Source: Bacteroidaceae bacterium
Lineage (GTDB): Bacteria > Bacteroidota > Bacteroidia > Bacteroidales > Bacteroidaceae
Direction: 5' to 3'
Length of the DNA stretch: 64,000 bases
NCBI GenBank assembly: GCA_017555585.1
Contig: JAFZGA010000005.1
Coordinates: 102,656-166,655 of the forward strand
The notes beneath the pieces were generated by a model. That model did no database searches, was not told where the DNA came from, and saw only the letters and a list, made by a program, of their open reading frames with translations. Shown here piece by piece: positions 37,822 to 48,562 of the stretch. Made by a program: the position numbers and the translations under genes. The first letter of the stretch is position 1; each line of letters starts with the position of its first letter.

Positions 37822-39590
37822 TATAGAGAACTATTGTCGCGCAGAACACTGTTTACTACATCGTTCAGCATCTCTTTGAGTTCCTCAATAAATGTCTTTG
37901 CCTCATACTGCCGTTTTTCGATGTCGCGGAGTTTCTTTTCCCAGCGACCTGTAAGTTCTGCACTTTTGAGCAGTTCGTTCCTTATCAGTCCAATCAGTTC
38001 AATGCCGGTCTCTGTTGCAACGATGTTCTTTTTCTCCCTGCGTATGTAATTGCGCTTGAAAAGAGTCTCTATTATTGCCGCACGAGTTGAAGGACGACCT
38101 ATACCGTTCTCTTTCATGGCATCGCGCAGTTCCTCATCCTCAACGAGCTTACCTGCTGTTTCCATGGCACGTAGCAGTGTCGCTTCGGTATAATTCTTTG
38201 GTGGTTGAGTCCATTTTTCTGCAAGCCCGGGAGTGTGCGGTCCGCTTTCGCCCACAATGAATTCCGGCAGGATGCTCTCTTTCTCCTTGTCATCATCGGT
38301 TGTCTCCCCGGCAAAAACAACTCTCCATCCCGGCTCTGTTATCACCTTGCCGCTTGTCTTGAATCCGACGCCTGCACTCTCGCCAAGCACCGTTGTGGTG
38401 CGGAATTTACAATCGGGATAGAACACAGCAATGAAATGTGTTGCAACAAGGTTATATACCTTCTTTTCAAGGTCGGTAAGTCCTTGCGGATATACTCCTG
38501 TGGGGATAATGGCATGGTGGTCGGTAACCTTTTTGTTGTCGAAAACCTTTTTCGACTTTATCAGTGGCTTATCCATCAATGGCATGGTAAGCGTCTGGTA
38601 GTCGCGCAATCCCTTTAGAATATTGGTACATTTTGGATATATGTCATCGCTCAGGAAAGTTGTATCCACACGTGGGTATGTGGTGACCTTTTTTTCATAT
38701 AGCGATTGAATTGTCTGTAATGTCTGCTCAGCAGATAATCCGAACTTCTTGTTGCAATCCACCTGCAACGATGTCAAATCATAAAGTTTTGGTGCCGACT
38801 CCGTACCATTCTTTGCTGTAACATCGGTTACGGTAAATGGCTCACCGGTAATCTTCTCAAGGGCTTCACGACCTTTCTCTTCGCTGTCGAAACGTCCTTC
38901 GGTAACACTGAATGTGGTGTCTCTGTAAACTGTTTTCAATTCCCAGTAAGGTTGCGGGACAAAGTTTGCTATTTCCAAATGACGTTTTACAATAAGTGCA
39001 AGGGTAGGGGTCTGTACACGTCCGATAGAAAGCACCTGTTTGTTCTTTCCATATTTTATGGTGTACAGGCGTGTTGCATTCATACCGAGCAACCAGTCTC
39101 CGATGGCGCGGCTTAATCCAGCCTCGTAGAGTGCTTGATATTCGCTTTGGTCCTTGAGTGTGGCAAATCCTTCGCGTATGGCCTCTTCGGTAAGCGACGA
39201 TACCCACAGACGTTTTACAGGGCATTTCACCTGTGCCTTTTGCATTACCCATCGTTGGATAAGTTCTCCTTCCTGGCCGGCATCACCGCAGTTCACAATC
39301 ATATCAGCACTCTGCATTATGCGCTCAATTGTGGCAAACTGTTTCTCGATACCCCTGTCGTTGATAAGCTTTATACCGAATCGTGGCGGAATCATTGGCA
39401 GACTGCTCAAATTCCATCGTTGCCACATGGGAGTGTAGTCATGTGGCTCTTTCAGGGTACAAAGGTGTCCGAATGTCCAAGTCACTTGGTATCCGTTTCC
39501 TTCGTAGTATCCGTCGTGCCGGCTTCTTGCTCCCAATATGTCGGCAATCTCCTTTGCTACACTCGGTTTCTCTGCAATACAAACAATCAT
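37821..39590 (-). CDS. topB: type IA DNA topoisomerase (topoisomerase III-like, short form)
   Basis: 589 aa with the TOPRIM start MIVCIAEKPSVAKEIA, the acidic cluster CGDAGQEGELI and the active-site Tyr context TTYPRVDT. No Zn-finger C-terminal extension is visible. Confidence 0.85.
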   Translation of the reverse strand: MIVCIAEKPSVAKEIADILGARSRHDGYYEGNGYQVTWTFGHLCTLKEPHDYTPMWQRWNLSSLPMIPPRFGIKLINDRGIEKQFATIERIMQSADMIVNCGDAGQEGELIQRWVMQKAQVKCPVKRLWVSSLTEEAIREGFATLKDQSEYQALYEAGLSRAIGDWLLGMNATRLYTIKYGKNKQVLSIGRVQTPTLALIVKRHLEIANFVPQPYWELKTVYRDTTFSVTEGRFDSEEKGREALEKITGEPFTVTDVTAKNGTESAPKLYDLTSLQVDCNKKFGLSAEQTLQTIQSLYEKKVTTYPRVDTTFLSDDIYPKCTNILKGLRDYQTLTMPLMDKPLIKSKKVFDNKKVTDHHAIIPTGVYPQGLTDLEKKVYNLVATHFIAVFYPDCKFRTTTVLGESAGVGFKTSGKVITEPGWRVVFAGETTDDDKEKESILPEFIVGESGPHTPGLAEKWTQPPKNYTEATLLRAMETAGKLVEDEELRDAMKENGIGRPSTRAAIIETLFKRNYIRREKKNIVATETGIELIGLIRNELLKSAELTGRWEKKLRDIEKRQYEAKTFIEELKEMLNDVVNSVLRDNSSL

Positions 39591-39610
39591 TCTTTTCTTT
39601 CAATCTATTG

Positions 39611-39649
39611 CGTAACAAAGTCCTTAAGGGCGTTATGCCTTTAAGGACT
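39611..39649 (-). terminator. intrinsic terminator after mutB
   Basis: agtccttaaggg (39619..39630) and cctttaaggact (39638..39649) form a 12-bp stem with one G-U. On the minus strand it is followed by UUUGUU. Confidence 0.6.
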
Positions 39650-39668
39650 CTGTTTCTTGTCAGTTCAT

Positions 39669-41804
39669 TTATTTCTCAAGGAATATCTCCATCAGTTCGC
39701 AGGCGGCTTTTGCAACGCTTGTTCCGGGGCCGAATATTCCAATCACTCCGGCACGGTACAGGAACTCATAGTCCTGCGCCGGTATAACACCGCCGGCAAA
39801 TACCATAATGTCGCCTCTGCCAAGCTTTTCGAGCTCCTCAATCAACTGTGGGATAAGTGTCTTGTGTCCTGCAGCAAGGGATGATACTCCCACTGCATGA
39901 ACATCGTTTTCCACAGCCTGGCGTGCAACCTCGGCCGGTGTCTGGAACAACATTCCCATGTCTACGTCAAAGCCACAGTCGGCATATCCGGTAGCGACAA
40001 CCTTTGCGCCACGGTCGTGACCGTCCTGGCCCATCTTGGCAACCATAACTCGGGGACGTCGTCCCTCTCTCTTTGCAAACTCTTCGGTTAAACGACAAGC
40101 CTTCTCAAAGTCTTCATCGTTACGGCTTTCTGCTGAATACACGCCTGAAATAGTTCTTATTACTGCTTTATAACGTCCTGCAACTTTTTCGCAGGCATCT
40201 GATATCTCTCCCAAAGTAGCACGCAGGTGGGCTGCTTCAACAGCGCATTCTAGCAAGTTGCCCTCGCCGCTTTCAGCGCACTCTGTAATCTTGTCAAGAG
40301 CCTCTCTTACAGCCTCTTCGTCGCGCGATGCACGGTTGCGCTCAATGGCTTCTAACTGTTCTTTACGTACGGCAGTGTTGTCAATCTCAAGTATATCGAT
40401 AGGCTCCTGCTCTGCAAGACGATATGCATTTGTTCCAACGATAATCTGCTTTCCGCTGTCAATGCGTGCTTGTGTACGTGCCGCAGCCTCTTCAATTCTC
40501 ATTTTCGGGATACCTGTCTCAATTGCCTTTGCCATACCACCAAGCTCTTCAATCTCCTGAATGAGTTTCCATGCTTTTTCGGCAAGTTCCTGTGTAAGGC
40601 TCTCAACGTAGTATGAACCGCCCCAAGGGTCTATTACACGGCATATATTTGTCTCTTCCTGCAAGTATATCTGTGTGTTACGTGCAATGCGTGCCGAGAA
40701 GTCGGTTGGCAATGCTATGGCTTCATCAAGAGCATTTGTGTGAAGCGACTGGGTGTGTCCCATGGCTGCCGACATTGCCTCTATTACAGTACGTCCTACA
40801 TTGTTGAATGGATCCTGTTCTGTGAGCGACCAACCCGATGTCTGGCAGTGTGTGCGCAGAGCCATAGACTTAGGATTTTTGGGGTTGAAGCTCTTTATAA
40901 TCTTTGCCCACAGCATACGTGCTGCACGCATCTTTGCAATCTCCATGAACGGGTTCATGCCTATACCCCAGAAGAACGACAGTCGCGGAGCAAAGGCATC
41001 AATGTCAATGCCTGACTCAACACCGGTGCGTACATACTCCAAGCCGTCGGCAAGAGTGTAGGCAAGCTCGATATCTGCTGACGCTCCGGCCTCCTGCATG
41101 TGGTAACCGCTGATCGATATCGAATTGAACTTCGGCATCTTTTGCGATGTGTATGCAAAGATATCACCTATTATACGCATTGAGAATGCAGGTGGATATA
41201 TATATGTGTTACGCACCATGAATTCCTTTAGGATATCATTCTGGATTGTTCCAGCCATCTCTTCGAGCTTTGCTCCCTGCTCCAATGCCGCGTTTATGTA
41301 GAACGCGAGAACCGGCAACACTGCGCCGTTCATAGTCATTGATACCGACATTTTGTTCAATGGTATTCCGTCGAACAGCTGTTCCATGTTCTCCATACAG
41401 CAAATGGAAACTCCGGCCTTTCCCACGTCGCCTACCACGCGTTCGTTGTCGGGATTGTATCCGCGGTGTGTGGGCAAGTCGAATGCTACGGAAAGTCCTT
41501 TTTGACCCGATGCAAGATTGCGGCGGTAAAAGGCGTTGCTCTCTTCGGCAGTAGAGAATCCCGCATATTGGCGTATTGTCCAAGGACGGAATGTGTACAT
41601 CATCGAATAAGGACCGCGCAGGAAAGGCGGAATACCAGCTGCATACTCCAAGTGTTCCATATCCTTAAGGTCTTCGGCTGTATATATTGGCTTGACCTTA
41701 ATATGCTCTGCTGTTTCCCAAACGTTGTCGGGCATTGCTGTCGAAGCGCATGATACAACCGTTGCACTCTCGAAAATATCTATATTGTTGAAATCTTTTC
41801 TCAT
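39669..41804 (-). CDS. mutB: methylmalonyl-CoA mutase, large (catalytic, B12-binding) subunit
   Basis: 711 aa with the C-terminal cobalamin-binding DxHxxG motif ([11 protein letters not shown]). The N-terminal TIM barrel is typical of MCM. Confidence 0.95.
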   Translation of the reverse strand: MRKDFNNIDIFESATVVSCASTAMPDNVWETAEHIKVKPIYTAEDLKDMEHLEYAAGIPPFLRGPYSMMYTFRPWTIRQYAGFSTAEESNAFYRRNLASGQKGLSVAFDLPTHRGYNPDNERVVGDVGKAGVSICCMENMEQLFDGIPLNKMSVSMTMNGAVLPVLAFYINAALEQGAKLEEMAGTIQNDILKEFMVRNTYIYPPAFSMRIIGDIFAYTSQKMPKFNSISISGYHMQEAGASADIELAYTLADGLEYVRTGVESGIDIDAFAPRLSFFWGIGMNPFMEIAKMRAARMLWAKIIKSFNPKNPKSMALRTHCQTSGWSLTEQDPFNNVGRTVIEAMSAAMGHTQSLHTNALDEAIALPTDFSARIARNTQIYLQEETNICRVIDPWGGSYYVESLTQELAEKAWKLIQEIEELGGMAKAIETGIPKMRIEEAAARTQARIDSGKQIIVGTNAYRLAEQEPIDILEIDNTAVRKEQLEAIERNRASRDEEAVREALDKITECAESGEGNLLECAVEAAHLRATLGEISDACEKVAGRYKAVIRTISGVYSAESRNDEDFEKACRLTEEFAKREGRRPRVMVAKMGQDGHDRGAKVVATGYADCGFDVDMGMLFQTPAEVARQAVENDVHAVGVSSLAAGHKTLIPQLIEELEKLGRGDIMVFAGGVIPAQDYEFLYRAGVIGIFGPGTSVAKAACELMEIFLEK

Positions 41805-41815
41805 GGCTGTATGAT

Positions 41816-43660
41816 TTAAATACCCAACTTACTGTTAAGTTCTCTCAATGTGTCGAGGACATTCACCCTTACATGAATGAAGTTCTCGATTCCTGCCTGT
41901 TGCAGTTCCGGCATACATGCAGGAGCACCGGCGACAATGAATATGGCCTTGTTGTCAATAGCCTGAAATGCCGGTATTGCATATTCAGCATATTCGTCGT
42001 CGCTCGAACAAATGACAACAATGTCGGCTTTTGCTTCGAGTGCGGCATTTACGCCTTCTTCAACACTCTTGAATCCAAGGTTATCGATAACCTCGTAACC
42101 GGCTGTCGCAAGGAAATTGCATGAGAACTGCGCTCTTGCCTGTCGCATAGCAAGGTTACCTATGGTGAGCATGAATGCTTTTGGACGGCGACTGCTCTTT
42201 TCGGTTTGCAGACGCAATTGTTCAAACTCCTCAGCCAAACGTCTTGTGGCAATGGTGATATTTTGTGTTTCTTCGCTGTGGCAACCGCATCCGCAAGCGG
42301 CATCCTTTGGATATTTTCCTTCGGAAAGTTCGCTGAAATTCGGGTATTGGTTTGTTCCCAAAAGAATCTCCTTGCGCTTTGCAAGTGCAGTGCGACGGCT
42401 CTCGGCAGTCTTTTCTATATCTGCCTTTACTTTGCCCTCCTTAACAGCTTTGTGGAATCCACCCTCGTTCTCTATCGCAAGGAACTTTTTCCATGCTTCG
42501 TTTGCGATTGAAGCAGTAAGGCTTTCTATGTAGTATGAACCTCCGGCAGGGTCAGTAACCTTGTTGAGGTGGCTTTCGTGTTTCAAAATAAGTTGTTGGT
42601 TCTTTGCTATGCGTGTAGAAAAGTCGGTTGGCTCTTCATAAACAGTGTCGTATGGAGTAACCGTTATCGACTCTACTCCGGCAATGGCAGCACTCATTGC
42701 TTCGGTCTGCGTGCGGAGCATGTTTACATACGAATCGAAAAGAGTTAGGTTGAATTGAGATGTCTCTGCATGTATGATCATCTTGCATGCGCATTTGCAT
42801 TGTGGCTGGTATTGTTCCACAATCTTTGCCCATAGCATACGTGCTGCACGGAACTTGGCAATCTCCATAAAGAAATTGCTTGAAATTCCCATATTGAATT
42901 TGATGTTTTTTGCTATGGCATCAACAGGTATTCCTGCCTCAACAGCTGTGGTAAGGTATTCGTTACCCCAAGCAAGAGCATAACCCAACTCTTGTGCAAT
43001 GTATGCTCCTGCATTGTTCAATTTACCGCTATTTACACTAAAACAACGCATCTTTGGCATTGCGACGGTAGCCTCTATCAAGGCCTTCATCACCTCTGTG
43101 TAGTTGTCGAGAACCTTTCCTGCGAAAAGTTCCTTCTCAATTGGATCGTAATTTATTGAGCCTCGTATGTTTTCGAGGTTGAAACCGCATTGTCTGTAAT
43201 ATTCCACAAGCAGTGTGGTGAATTCAACAACCTTGCCGGGGCATACGTTAAAGTTCAACTCCACCTTTTCGGCATCGATACCATTGAGCAGGGTAGGGAT
43301 ATATTCGGGTGTAACCGACTTGCCTTTTACCTTGAATGCAATCGATTCAACACCTTCGTCAATCAGTTTCTTGGCTTTGGCATTGGCCTCGGTTGCATCA
43401 ATAACATCGATATCTTGACGTACAAGCCAGTTGTTGTCTGCTTTATTTCCGCGTGTGAACGGGAATTTATCGGGAAGCTCGTTCTCGCATCCCGCCGGCA
43501 AGTCCTCCTTGCGGTAGAATGGGTTAACATTGAATCCTTCGGCTGTTTTCCAAATCATCTTCTTTTCATAGTCGGCACCTTTAAGGTCCTCTACGATTTT
43601 GTTCTTCCAATCTTCGGATGTCACCGGTTGGAACTCATTGAAAAGTCTTTCCTTTTCCAT
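41816..43660 (-). CDS. mutA: methylmalonyl-CoA mutase, small subunit
   Basis: 614 aa, paralogous to mutB, but the DxHxxG His ligand is absent. It lies immediately upstream of mutB. Confidence 0.85.
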   Translation of the reverse strand: MEKERLFNEFQPVTSEDWKNKIVEDLKGADYEKKMIWKTAEGFNVNPFYRKEDLPAGCENELPDKFPFTRGNKADNNWLVRQDIDVIDATEANAKAKKLIDEGVESIAFKVKGKSVTPEYIPTLLNGIDAEKVELNFNVCPGKVVEFTTLLVEYYRQCGFNLENIRGSINYDPIEKELFAGKVLDNYTEVMKALIEATVAMPKMRCFSVNSGKLNNAGAYIAQELGYALAWGNEYLTTAVEAGIPVDAIAKNIKFNMGISSNFFMEIAKFRAARMLWAKIVEQYQPQCKCACKMIIHAETSQFNLTLFDSYVNMLRTQTEAMSAAIAGVESITVTPYDTVYEEPTDFSTRIAKNQQLILKHESHLNKVTDPAGGSYYIESLTASIANEAWKKFLAIENEGGFHKAVKEGKVKADIEKTAESRRTALAKRKEILLGTNQYPNFSELSEGKYPKDAACGCGCHSEETQNITIATRRLAEEFEQLRLQTEKSSRRPKAFMLTIGNLAMRQARAQFSCNFLATAGYEVIDNLGFKSVEEGVNAALEAKADIVVICSSDDEYAEYAIPAFQAIDNKAIFIVAGAPACMPELQQAGIENFIHVRVNVLDTLRELNSKLGI

Positions 43661-43747
43661 CTTGTGAAAATGTTAGTTATGCTTTAGCGAAAATTGTGCA
43701 ACTGTGTGTAAAATCTAAGGTCATTCACAGTGAATGCAAACAGTTTT

Positions 43748-43833
43748 CGCATATTCAGTTGTAAACTTAAGCAATAAATTTCGATAAATGTAATAATGTC
43801 AGTTTATTTTTTAAAACTTTAAGAAAAGTTTGT
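43748..43833 (-). promoter_or_regulatory. promoter/leader module copy A (upstream of mutAB)
   Basis: It is about four-fifths identical by eye to 48563..48648. It contains the -7-like TAAGTTTA (minus strand, 43769..43762) and the palindrome AAACTTT-N5-AAAGTTT (43815..43833). The -7 box is about 100 nt upstream of the ATG at 43660. Confidence 0.5.
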
Positions 43834-43878
43834 TACCTGATACTTGCTTTGTCTGTTTTTGTAATCCTTTCTGCAAAC

Positions 43879-43925
43879 AACAATGTGAGAGCAGCTCACC
43901 AAAATGAACCACTCTCACAATGTTA
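43879..43925 (-). terminator. hairpin terminator after the T9SS protease gene
   Basis: aacaatgtgagag ... ctctcacaatgtt forms a 13-bp stem with one mismatch and a ~21-nt loop. It lies just downstream of the stop at 43942. Confidence 0.5.
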
Positions 43926-43941
43926 AATAATGGGTAGTGTC

Positions 43942-46900
43942 TTATTTTATCAGGATTTTCTTTCCGTCCTTTATGTATATGTTTCCTTTTACGGGTTTAA
44001 GTACTTTTATTCCTTGAAGATTGTAGATTGCGCTATCTTTTATTGCACTTTCAACACTCTTCACGGCTGTTTCGCCGCCCTCTTCTCCGGAGTCCTCGAG
44101 TTCCTCCCATTCAAGGATGAACTCTTTTATTGTCAAGCACGATTTGTAGTCCAAATTGACTACCAGACCCAATGAAACTTCTGTTTCAGCCTCAAGGGTA
44201 AACTCAATTTCGTTCGAGAATACGGTTGCATGGTCATACTCCTTCATTTTGGTGTATGCTATTGCATTTGCAACATCTTCGGTGTCGGGCAAACCTTTTC
44301 CTTGTGCAGCAACAAGATAACTGTTTCCGCTTTCTCCTTCCCATTTGTCGTAATACTTGGCAATGAACTTGTACTTGCCGGCAGGCAATGTCGCTGTCTG
44401 GTAGGTCTTGTGGTTCTTGACCGCTCCGAATCCGTCCCAATTCGATGTGAATGTCATGAAGTAGTCCTTTTGCGCATCGACATGGGCTCCGGTTGTTATA
44501 TTTCCGTTTTTAACGGCATTCTCAATAGTCCACCCCGTCAGTTCGTAAAAGCGGTTGCTTATGTTTGGATTCACAAGGTTACTGCTGTGTGCAAATTCAG
44601 CACAGTAGTTGGTAAGGTATAGCGATGTTACATCCTCCTTGCTTGCCTCATCGCCGTAGCTGAGGCTGAAAACGCCTTTTGACAATCCCCAGGCATCACC
44701 ATCTGGGCCGAACCCGCTACGGACTCCATTGTTGCCGTTGGATGTACGGTCAATGACATCGCCTCCGCTCTGGTTGAAGTCATAGTAAAGCACCAGGTCG
44801 CTATGTTCGCCCGGATTTTCAATAGGTGTGTTGCATACCTCAACAAGTGCTTCGTCGTTGAGTGCTTTCTTCCATATGCGCAACTCGTCAATCTGTCCGT
44901 TCATTCTGGCATTATCATTGCCTATGGCAAATTTGCTGAGTGAAGGAATGCTTGCACTGTACGATACATAGTCCCGCTCAAAGTATTCCCCGTCACGGTA
45001 TAGGTTCACATAACCGTTTTCCAGTACAATAGCATAGTGATGCCATTCGTTTGCTATAATATAGCCTGAGAATCCTCTTATTTTTCTTCCGCCTATATGT
45101 ATGTTCACTCTGCCGTCGGCTTCTGTGGTGACAAGGAATGTCGATTCGCTCTCTCCTATACCAATGCAATAGGTCTGAAGGTTGTCCGGACGCATCCACC
45201 ATTCAACAGTGAATGCATTGCTCTGTCCCGAAAAACCATTGGTTGTTGCCGTGACTTTTGCATTGTCCCTTCCACTGAAATTCAGTCCGTTCTTGCTGTC
45301 TGCATTGCATACAGTTATTGCGCGTTCACGTGTGGTACTGCTTGAGCCGACATTGTTGCTTGCTTCAAGTGTTACACTGTAGATTCCGCTCTTCTTGGGT
45401 GTGAAACTTCCATTCTGTCCATTTATTACATATTGTTTGGAATCGCTTTCTATGGTCCATATCCAATTTACGGGAGTATATTTGGATTTGTCAGTCAGGT
45501 ATATCCTTTCTCCTTTCATGACAATCGCCGGAGTTACCTCAAAGTCAGCTACGGGAGCAGAACCTTCAACGTTGATCTCTTTGCTCGATGTTGCTGTTTT
45601 CTCTCCACTAAGCGATGTTACCTTTAGAGTTACCAGTTGCTTTCCCGGTTCTTTGAATATGGCATATCCGTGCTGTCCATAGATAGTGCTTTCCTCGGCT
45701 CCTGTGATATTCCATTCATACATCTCTCCAAATGAAGGGTTATTGATGATGAACGATACCTTTTCGCCCATAACTACATTATTCTTGCTTGCAGTAAACG
45801 ATGCATCAATATCCTTTTCGGGATATACATAAACTGTCGTACTTTTTGTAACGCTGTTACCGTTGCCGCTTTCTGCCACAACTGTTATATTCTTGTAACC
45901 TGAGCTCTTGAATGTAACAAGAGGCTCGGCTACCGCAAGATTGGTTATTCCGGCATCAGCTACAGTCCATTTAAGACTTGAAACAGCTGCGTTGTATGTT
46001 GCAGACAATTTTATTGGTGTTCCTGCGTATACATTGCTGTTTATGGCATTGATGGTGACGCTCGGTGATGTGTTGCCGTTGAGCGACTGGCTACTTGTTA
46101 CACTGCTGTAACTGCTGTTAAGGAACTCACCGTGCTTGTTCGAGATGTATTCGTGCAGCATATTCTTGCCGTTGACATTGATGATGTCGCCTTTATAATA
46201 TGCAATCAGGCCTTTAGGACACAATATTCCTGAGTATTGTGATGCATAAGAATCCTTTATCTCGTTGGCACTGCGTGCTACATTCCAGATACGTATCTCG
46301 TCATATTGTGCATCGTTGTTTGTGTTGTAATAGTCATTCTCTGCCCTGAATTCCAAATTGCCGAAGCTTCCGATTCCGCTGTAATACGATGAGGTGCAAC
46401 TACCCTTTTCCACGCCATTGGCGTAGAGGGTCATTTTGTTGCCTTTGATTACAAGTGCTATATGTGTCCATGTTCCAACACTCAATATCGATGAATTAGT
46501 GGTAAAACGGTCATTGCTGGTAGTATTCCAGCCGGCAGTGAATTGTCCGTTACCTTCAGCATGCATCATGAATGTACCCCAACCCGGACCTACAACTTGA
46601 TTATAATATTTCAATGAATTAGGCTTTATGTAGTATTCGATAGTTGCTTCTTCGTATTTTTCATTGAACAGGTCCGGTAATCTCACTCCCGATGTCCTGA
46701 AATTTACAGCCATGTTTGTACTTTCGTAAGGTATAGGTGCTATTGCTGTTGCCTTTTCTGTTTCTATGTCACCTTCGTAAACCGCAGAAACACCGAATAC
46801 ACCCTCTTTGCTCTCCGACGATGGAATGCTGTAGCTGATTGTGCTTGCCGAGACTTCTGCAATCCTGTTGTCGTTGTGGTAAATGTTGTATTTGGAAATT

Positions 46901-48474
46901 CTGTTTGTTGATGGCAATGGCGCACTCCATTGCAAAGTGTTGTTGCTTATAAACGGGTTTTGTGGTGCATAGTAAGGATCTCCATATACTATGGTCGATA
47001 TTATGGTCTTGTTGCCGGCGTTCCTTATCTCCTGTTTGCCGTTAGGGAGTATGAATGGCGTTTCAATGCCATCGGCGTTGAATTCGTAGTTCATTATTGA
47101 GGCACTGTGTATGTTACCGTTTCCTGCAGCCCAGTCACGTGTCTCTACAATAAAGAAATATTTTAATGGCATACTGCGGTCATATCCTTTGGTAAGGTCG
47201 GTCAGGTCGTATCCGAATTCCATTGCCTCTGTATGCATCTTGCCGTCGGCCCATTTACCGAGCATAGGTACTTCCGGCGCAGGTCTTGTGTTACCGTAGT
47301 TACCGTCTCCGGCATACTTGAAGTGTTCGAATTCGATGATCTTTTCAGGAGTATCGGAATTTATGTCTGATGAAATACCTGCAGACAACTTTATTTCGCT
47401 TCGACGTGAGTAGTTCATCTCAAGCTTTATGGTACGCAATGGACGATAGTCTTTTCTTACCTTGTACAGTTCGGGTTGCCACCAGTTGCCTGTGAATGTT
47501 CCATTGCTGTTGAATGTGGCACCGCCATAGGCGTAAGGGCAATATATGAAACCGTTGTTGCCCCATGAGCTTCCCCAAGAGTTTACAATAATCCATGCTC
47601 CAACCTCGTCCTTGCTTGTCTCTCCGGCAACACCGTTGCCATCAAGGTCGAATTCAATGCGGTCGTCATAACCTACAATTGTAAGCGCGTGGTCTACCTG
47701 TGTACCCCACGATTTTACATACTTCTTGCCTACAACACCGGCACTGCTGTTGGCCGATGTGTTGGGGATTTTTGCATCGTAGTTACCTCCGTCACTGCCG
47801 ACGCCGATACCGCATATACCGCCTGCTTTGAAGCTTGTATCGCCGTTGTGATTCCATAGCCAATTCTTTACAAGTTCACGTCCCTCTTCGGTGCCGACGT
47901 TCAATGGTGTGTTGACCGGTGCAAGCATACGGTTATGCATTGCCTCGAACCATTTGTCGTATCCCTGCATCCAACCGAAATAGTTGTTGCTGCAATCCTG
48001 ATTTCCGAGCAGATAAGAGTATGTCTGTCCACCGTATGTGGCGGCCGATGGGACTCCTATACTTGTGACAAATTCATTTTTGCCAGAACTGCTGTTGGTA
48101 AGCAACCAAACAAAATGCGAAGGGTAGTAGTTCTTTGATTGTTTTCCGTCAAGGTCGCGGTAAGCGTTCAGTTCGTATGTGAACATATAACATATTCGTG
48201 AAGCCGAACCGCACGAGCCTCCGTCCTGGTTGAATACAGGAGGGAAGAACTTCTGTTCAGCATTGTTTACATACGCAGGACGTGTACCTCTTGTTGCAAT
48301 GCTACGTGATAGGCCTTTCTGCGATGTTGCGGTTTGCAACATCGTGTAGTCCGGGTTGAGACGGTCGTTATAATCGGGGTATTTTTCCCTGTTTACATCA
48401 GTTTGTCCTACAGTATTTATAGGCAATGCTAAAGCAAAAAACAACATCATAGTTGTTAGAATTCTTGTATTCAT
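43942..48474 (-). CDS. T9SS-sorted multidomain papain-like (C1) cysteine peptidase with LamG-like and PKD-like domains
   Basis: The ORF is trimmed to Met32 (MNTRILTTMMLFFALALPINTVGQ signal). The catalytic-triad contexts are GGSCGSAS (Cys), VDHALTIVGYDD (His) and IVNSWGSSWGNNGFIY (Asn). There are two LamG/ConA-like blocks (WTHIALVIKGNKMTLYANG...DEIRIWNVARS; WHHYAIVLENGYVNLYRDG...DELRIWKKAL) and PKD-like repeats. The C-terminus AIYNLQGIKVLKPVKGNIYIKDGKKILIK matches a T9SS CTD. Confidence 0.8.
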   Translation of the reverse strand: MNTRILTTMMLFFALALPINTVGQTDVNREKYPDYNDRLNPDYTMLQTATSQKGLSRSIATRGTRPAYVNNAEQKFFPPVFNQDGGSCGSASRICYMFTYELNAYRDLDGKQSKNYYPSHFVWLLTNSSSGKNEFVTSIGVPSAATYGGQTYSYLLGNQDCSNNYFGWMQGYDKWFEAMHNRMLAPVNTPLNVGTEEGRELVKNWLWNHNGDTSFKAGGICGIGVGSDGGNYDAKIPNTSANSSAGVVGKKYVKSWGTQVDHALTIVGYDDRIEFDLDGNGVAGETSKDEVGAWIIVNSWGSSWGNNGFIYCPYAYGGATFNSNGTFTGNWWQPELYKVRKDYRPLRTIKLEMNYSRRSEIKLSAGISSDINSDTPEKIIEFEHFKYAGDGNYGNTRPAPEVPMLGKWADGKMHTEAMEFGYDLTDLTKGYDRSMPLKYFFIVETRDWAAGNGNIHSASIMNYEFNADGIETPFILPNGKQEIRNAGNKTIISTIVYGDPYYAPQNPFISNNTLQWSAPLPSTNRISKYNIYHNDNRIAEVSASTISYSIPSSESKEGVFGVSAVYEGDIETEKATAIAPIPYESTNMAVNFRTSGVRLPDLFNEKYEEATIEYYIKPNSLKYYNQVVGPGWGTFMMHAEGNGQFTAGWNTTSNDRFTTNSSILSVGTWTHIALVIKGNKMTLYANGVEKGSCTSSYYSGIGSFGNLEFRAENDYYNTNNDAQYDEIRIWNVARSANEIKDSYASQYSGILCPKGLIAYYKGDIINVNGKNMLHEYISNKHGEFLNSSYSSVTSSQSLNGNTSPSVTINAINSNVYAGTPIKLSATYNAAVSSLKWTVADAGITNLAVAEPLVTFKSSGYKNITVVAESGNGNSVTKSTTVYVYPEKDIDASFTASKNNVVMGEKVSFIINNPSFGEMYEWNITGAEESTIYGQHGYAIFKEPGKQLVTLKVTSLSGEKTATSSKEINVEGSAPVADFEVTPAIVMKGERIYLTDKSKYTPVNWIWTIESDSKQYVINGQNGSFTPKKSGIYSVTLEASNNVGSSSTTRERAITVCNADSKNGLNFSGRDNAKVTATTNGFSGQSNAFTVEWWMRPDNLQTYCIGIGESESTFLVTTEADGRVNIHIGGRKIRGFSGYIIANEWHHYAIVLENGYVNLYRDGEYFERDYVSYSASIPSLSKFAIGNDNARMNGQIDELRIWKKALNDEALVEVCNTPIENPGEHSDLVLYYDFNQSGGDVIDRTSNGNNGVRSGFGPDGDAWGLSKGVFSLSYGDEASKEDVTSLYLTNYCAEFAHSSNLVNPNISNRFYELTGWTIENAVKNGNITTGAHVDAQKDYFMTFTSNWDGFGAVKNHKTYQTATLPAGKYKFIAKYYDKWEGESGNSYLVAAQGKGLPDTEDVANAIAYTKMKEYDHATVFSNEIEFTLEAETEVSLGLVVNLDYKSCLTIKEFILEWEELEDSGEEGGETAVKSVESAIKDSAIYNLQGIKVLKPVKGNIYIKDGKKILIK

Positions 48475-48562
48475 ATCGCTTTTATAAGTTGTTGATGATA
48501 CTTGTTTATTCGGAAAACTGCCAAACACCATATTATCTGCTTCTTGCAGTGTAGTTATTTCG

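Noticed and set aside
37821-39590. Topoisomerase III as a marker of an integrated conjugative element.
   Set aside because: No tra/mob genes, relaxase, integrase, or tRNA/att-like boundary lie anywhere nearby. The flanking genes are ispG and mutAB.
43661-43941. A cobalamin riboswitch upstream of the B12-dependent mutAB operon.
   Set aside because: No B12-box-like or GCCACUG-like element is present on the minus strand. The region is AT-rich and is better explained by the duplicated promoter/leader module plus the terminator of the upstream gene.
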